64,000 nt of DNA, from assembly GCA_002269645.1 (NCBI GenBank), contig NIVC01002660.1, positions 62,001-126,000 of the forward strand, in the 5' to 3' direction. The stretch comes from Macrostomum lignano (lineage: Eukaryota). A program made the translations under genes and the position numbers. Below the pieces are notes generated by a model that ran no database searches, was not told the DNA's origin, and saw only the letters and a program-made list of their open reading frames with translations. Below, one piece after another: positions 59,301 to 64,000 of the stretch (the first letter of the stretch is position 1; each line of letters begins with the position of its first letter).

Positions 59301-62300
59301 ACTGCTATCTCAGACCCGATCCCCCCTAATCCCTCACTGTTATCTCAGACCCGATTCCCCCAAATCCCTCACTGCTATCTCAGACCCGATCCCCCCAATC
59401 CCTCACTGCTATCTCAGACCCGATCCCCCCTAATCCCTCACTGCTATCTCAGACCCGATCCCCCCTAATCCCTCACTGCTATCTCAGACCCGATTCCCCC
59501 AAATCCCTCACTGCTATCTCAGACCCGATCCCCCCAATCCCTCACTGCTATCTCAGACCCGATCCCCCCTAATCACTCACTGCTATCTCAGACCCGATCC
59601 CCCCTAATCCCTCACTGTTATCTCAGACCCGATCCCCCCTAATCACTCACTGGGGTCTCAGATTCAACCTACGGCAGGTGAAGCCTGAAACCTGTACAAA
59701 AAACAACTGCTTCCACAGTCGGCCGTCAAAGACGACCTTCGCCGCTGCCTGAGCGAGGCGGCCTGGCCGGTGCTGGAGCAGTGCCAGCGGCGGGAGCGCA
59801 TCGCCCAGGTGCTCGACGGCCTGCCATTGGCCGCAGTCTGGTGCGGCCTCGTCCAACTCGCCGCCTCGGAGACCGCGTCAAACTCGAAGTCTGGCAGAAG
59901 CGGCGGAGTCGGCGGCGGCGGCGGCGGCCTCATCGGTCACGTGGCGTACGCGCTGACGCTGATCTACCTTCCCACTCTGCCTCCGCCGGTGCCTCTGCAG
60001 CCAGCTGCTGCCGCCCAGCAACAGCAGTCTGGCACCGTCGGGAAGCCGCTGGCGCCGAATGGCGCCAATCGACCGGCGCCAACTCCAGCGGTGCCAGGTG
60101 CAGCGCCGGGCGGTAGGCGCCAACGGACCAGCCTTCGTCAGGAAATCGCGCTGTCAGCCGCTAACGCCAAACCAGCTGTGGGATTTTCTGTTCGGAGAGG
60201 ATTCGAACTGCGGCGAGTGGTTGAGGATCAGGTGGGTACTGATTCTTTGTTCTCATTGAGTCATTGTCCCCATTGAGTCTTTGTAGTCATCGAGTCTTTG
60301 TCCTCATTGAGTCTTTGTCCTCATGGTGTCTTTGTCCTCATTGAGTCTTTGTCCTCATGGTGTCTTTGTCCTCATTGAGTCTTTTCCTTCACTGTGTCTT
60401 TGTACTCATTGTCTTCATCCTGAGACAGCTTTCATCTTTAAGCATTCTTTGTCCTGATCTGGTATTTTTCCTCTATTAAAATAGGGGCACTATTAAAGTT
60501 CTGAGCCTTAATATGAAAGAGAGGAGATATGGGCAAAGTGAGATCAGCTTTTCTCAACATAGTCTCCCCCAACCAAGATGCACTTATGGCATCTTGATCG
60601 CAGCGCCTCAATGCCACTCTGGAAGAATTGCACCGAGCAGCCCTCAAACCAAGCAGTTGCAGCATCCTTCAGCGCATCATCAGTGTCAAATCGCTGTCCA
60701 CGGAGCGCCCGCTTGAAATGTGGAAACAGGTGGAAGTCGCTCGGGGCCAGGTCTGGTGAATAGGCTGGGTGCGGCAGCTCTCGAAACCCTGCGACACTGA
60801 CAGCAGCCTTGGCAATCCTGCTAGTGTGAGCCGGTGCATTGTCGTGCAGCAGCACAACACCTCGGCTCAGCATCCCTCGCCTATTTTCCTTGATTGCCTC
60901 GCGCAGACGGGCGATCAGGTCAGCGTAGTAGGCACCTGTGACTGTCTGCTTGTGCGGTAGAAAGTCCAGCAGCAGCGGGCCCTTGGCATCCCAGAAGACG
61001 GTGAGCATAATCTTGCCCGCACTGCATGCAGTCCGTGCCTTCAGTGGTGCAGGTGAACCAACTGGCAGCCACTGCTTGGACTCCTGCTTGGACTCGGGAT
61101 CGTGGTGATGGATCCACGTCTCATCCCCGGTCACGCAGCAGGACAGAAAGTTGGCAGGGTCCGGATCGTAGGAGTCCAGGACAAGCTTTGAGAACTGCAC
61201 CCATGCGGTCTTTTGGTCCCTTGTCAAGATTCGTGGGATCCATCTGGCAGAAACCTTGGACAGATGAAGATGCTGGTGCAGGATCTCAATGACTTGCGGG
61301 TCAGAGAGTCCAGTGTCTGCCGCAAGTTCCCTGACTTTCACCCGCTGGTCACTGTCAACCAGAGCCTGGATGCGCTGGATGTTGTCGGCAGTGACAGCAG
61401 TCCGGGGTCGTCCACATCGGGGGTCATCTTCGAGCGAGTCGCGGCCACGCTTGAACTCGGCTGCCCAGCGCTTTATGGTGGCGTATGAGGGGGCAGCGTC
61501 AGCGTACACACTAGCCATGCGGCTTTGAATTGATGTGTTCCTTATTACCCGACTTTTGGTAATCAAAGAACACTCACTTCTAGCTCAGTAGCTAGGCAAC
61601 CCAGTACGTCAACAGAAGGTATTCAATTACCTTGAGTCCTTAATTGAGAGCTCTCGTTAATACTCCTTGTTCGTGGATCTCGCTATCAGTAGCGTCTGTC
61701 CTTCAGGAATTCCGGGCGCCGGTCAACAGTTGATCTGGTCCGCTCTTGCAATTGTCTCCTTGACTTCTTGCCGGCCGGTAATCTGTAGTTCGGACCAATC
61801 GGAAGCTTCCAAGTTAACAATGGGGATCCCTGCGCCAAACTGCGGTTTAATATAAGCCTACTCCTTCTAGCAGTGCCTCTCTGCACTCTAGGTATAGCTC
61901 CGGAAACCACTGATAGTCTTCTAAGACCTATCAGGGGCAGTCCTTCTGGAGACTGCAACCAGTGGAGTCTAAACAGACTCAAGAGTCTCAGCAGACTCAA
62001 ATAAACTCAAGTCTCAATAGACTTGAGCGAGACGTCTCAACCAACGGGCGCAAATGAGTAAGGCTTACCGCAAGAACTCGTCCACGACGCGAGTTTCTTC
62101 AGGAAGGCTTCACTAGAGCTTCCTCTTCGGAGCTTCTCTCTCTTGGAGATTCTGTGGCTCCGGGTCCGTTCCGGACCACTTGTATTTATAGGCGTTCAGA
62201 CCTCTCTCGAGGTCGTACATCACTGTCTTCGCAAATGTCAAAGGGTCACGATTCGGTGGCTGTCAAGCATGACAGGGTAGAAAGTTGCGCAACTAGTCTA

Positions 62301-63132
62301 CTGTAAAAGCGCATGATTGGTTACCGTAGCTGGTAGACTTTGATTGGTTCATCCGGGTGCAACCCGAGTGCAAACCAAATGATGACTTGAAGGTGGGGTT
62401 TGAATTGACAGTTGTTGGTCGCACGTGATTGGGTGATTTCTAAAATTAGCATGCTCAAGGTCTCTTTCTTTCTATTGGTTAGTCAGAATATACTTATAAT
62501 TCAAAGCATACCTTTATTCATGCTCTTCAACTTACTACTGAATAAAATGTGTGAGTAGTACGTTAACACTTTTATGTCTTCTTACGGGAGGTAGAACACT
62601 CTACAGAATTTCAGCAGGCTTTGAGCCCTCCAGAGTCAGAAATTTAATCACTGCCCTGTGCTCAAGCTTCAATTCTTGAGAAAATGCCATGGGGTGCTGG
62701 AAATAAAATGGTGCAGTGGGACTTAGGGAATGCAGAAAATTCTGAAAAGTTGACAATAGACTATTAACATGTGGCGCTTTTAGAGCCTAAAGTTTCAACA
62801 CTTTGCCACTATAAGATCTTGGTCAGGCTCAGAACTTTAATAGTGCCCCTGTATAAGTCTTTGTCTTCACGGAGCCTTTGTTGTCCTAAATTATGTGTCT
62901 CAATTGAGTCTTTGGCCCCTTTAACTCATTGTCCTCATTGAATAGCTCTGTCCTCACTGAGTCTTTATCTGAAGACAGTCTGTCCCTCAACCAAGTGTGA
63001 AAAAATTTCCACAATTTCTCCAAACTGCAGTGGCGCAAGCAAGCGCAAAGTCAGCTTGAGTTCGAGAACGCAACTCGAGACGAGCAGCTCCGAAGGAAAG
63101 CCGCAGAAGCCGCCGCGACCGCCGCTGATTAA
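56348..63132 (+). CDS. TMEM232: TMEM232-like protein, ~715 aa
   Basis: Exons 56348-56481, 56573-56790, 57499-58096, 58240-58364, 58448-58905, 59719-60231, 63031-63132 join in frame (2148 nt). Motifs HVNLPFAWTELVFLSHCRG, IPALFYIAETVLYWL, FLRLF, WQIRYLALQGL and VEDQ|WRKQ resemble TMEM232 as recalled. Confidence 0.85.
56990..57490. repeat. Degenerate ~13-19-bp minisatellite (ATTCTCAGATCAGATCCTC) in TMEM232 intron 2
   Basis: Direct reading. Confidence 0.92.
58102..58190. repeat. (CTGA)n microsatellite in TMEM232 intron 3
   Basis: Direct reading. Confidence 0.95.
58926..59655. repeat. 35-bp minisatellite (CAGACCCGATCCCCCCAAATCCCTCACTGCTATCT) in TMEM232 intron 5
   Basis: About 21 units. Confidence 0.97.
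60482..62851 (-). mobile_element. Full-length mariner (DD34D) transposon in TMEM232 intron 6, interrupted by a solo LTR
   Basis: Identical 26-bp TIR cores AGGGGCACTATTAAAGTTCTGAGCCT (60483-60508 and 62825-62850). Removing the LTR and one TSD gives 1291 bp and an intact 355-aa ORF (ATG 62690, stop 60544) with WIPRIL, VTGDETW, HDNAPAH and YSPDLAPSD (34-residue spacing). Confidence 0.96.
61531..62605 (-). mobile_element. Solo LTR (1075 bp), Gypsy-like
   Basis: TG...CA termini with a 4-bp TSD GAAT (61527-61530 and 62606-62609). On the minus strand: four CCAAT boxes (62478-62316), TATAAAT (62190-62184) and ATTAAA (~61851-61846). Confidence 0.88.
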
Positions 63133-64000
63133 CAAACAATTCCGTTAATGTAATAATTTTATAAGAGATCTCTTCTATCACGAGTACAAATTTGTTAATT
63201 TTTTACCTCGCGTTTAAATTTAATTGAATAATATTATAACAAAGATTCACTTTGTAAAAACGTAGCGAAAACGTATCTTGAAAATTCTATAGCTAAAATT
63301 TCTTTTTAATTACAATTAAATTTAATAAATTCTTAAGCAATCAATTAAACAATGTTAATCACTGTGGAAAAGCAAAATTTATTCAATTTAAAATAGTCAA
63401 GGACAAACGTAAGACACATCATTGATGTTTCTTGTGTGTTTTAAATAATCGTTATATATTACTCGTAATTAATCGAAATAATTTAATTGGGCTGATAAAA
63501 TTGTTAAATTAAAACTCAATCGCGCAAAGAAAATTAATTCAAAGTAAAAAAATACTATAATAGCTAGCGCATGTTTGGGGACAGTATTTTATGTTAGGAT
63601 TAGTAAAATAACTTAGTATAAGCATTCCATACACAATCAGTTTTATACTAGCAATTAGTGCCCCCCGTTGGGGAGCCAACAAAGAATGGAATACAAACTT
63701 TTGAATAAACTGTGTGTCTGACATGACGCTTCTTTTATAACAATAAAGTATTAACATAAAAGAACAATAATATTAAGTTTGGACAATGGACATCAATCAT
63801 CAGAGCTCATTAAATCTATTAAACGAAATAAGAAATTGCTCTTATATATATATTGATTTGAGTACAAAGCTGTGTACACAATTTTGGGTGGAAAGGCGTG
63901 GCATGTATCAAATCAGTCTCATCCGGTTTTTGAGCGAGCCAAAAAAGTTAAAGCTGACGGCTAGCACCCCATGGCTAGCTGATTGTTTAAAAGTAGGTTG

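Overview
Eukaryotic animal genomic DNA: GC-rich spliced exons, AT-rich intergenic DNA, and a different 17-35 bp minisatellite in almost every long intron. This architecture and the gene set suggest a flatworm such as Macrostomum, but that is inference only. Spliced models reconstructed by hand: (+) a DEG/ENaC channel (4 exons, one GC-AG intron), (+) TRPT1/Tpt1 (ends uncertain), (-) CAB39/MO25, a co-oriented (-) cluster of FBXL6-like, HINT, FPGS, a Q/P-rich protein with an HMG-like segment and a small orphan paralog of it, and (+) a TMEM232-like gene (7 exons). Mobile DNA: a full-length DD34D mariner interrupted by a solo LTR, several MITEs, a decayed hAT abutting a Gypsy pol relic, and a tRNA-derived SINE. 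Most interesting leads: (1) five tandem copies of a highly structured ~170-200 nt cassette with H/ACA-like boxes in the MO25 intron; (2) an unrecognised 42-aa helical domain shared by two neighbouring genes; (3) an in-frame, stop-free minisatellite intron candidate (exitron) in FPGS; (4) a solo LTR positioned to drive an N-terminally truncated transposase; (5) a strand bias of the intronic minisatellites and evidence that one was seeded by a MITE. No database searches or folding programs were run; all family calls come from motif recognition.
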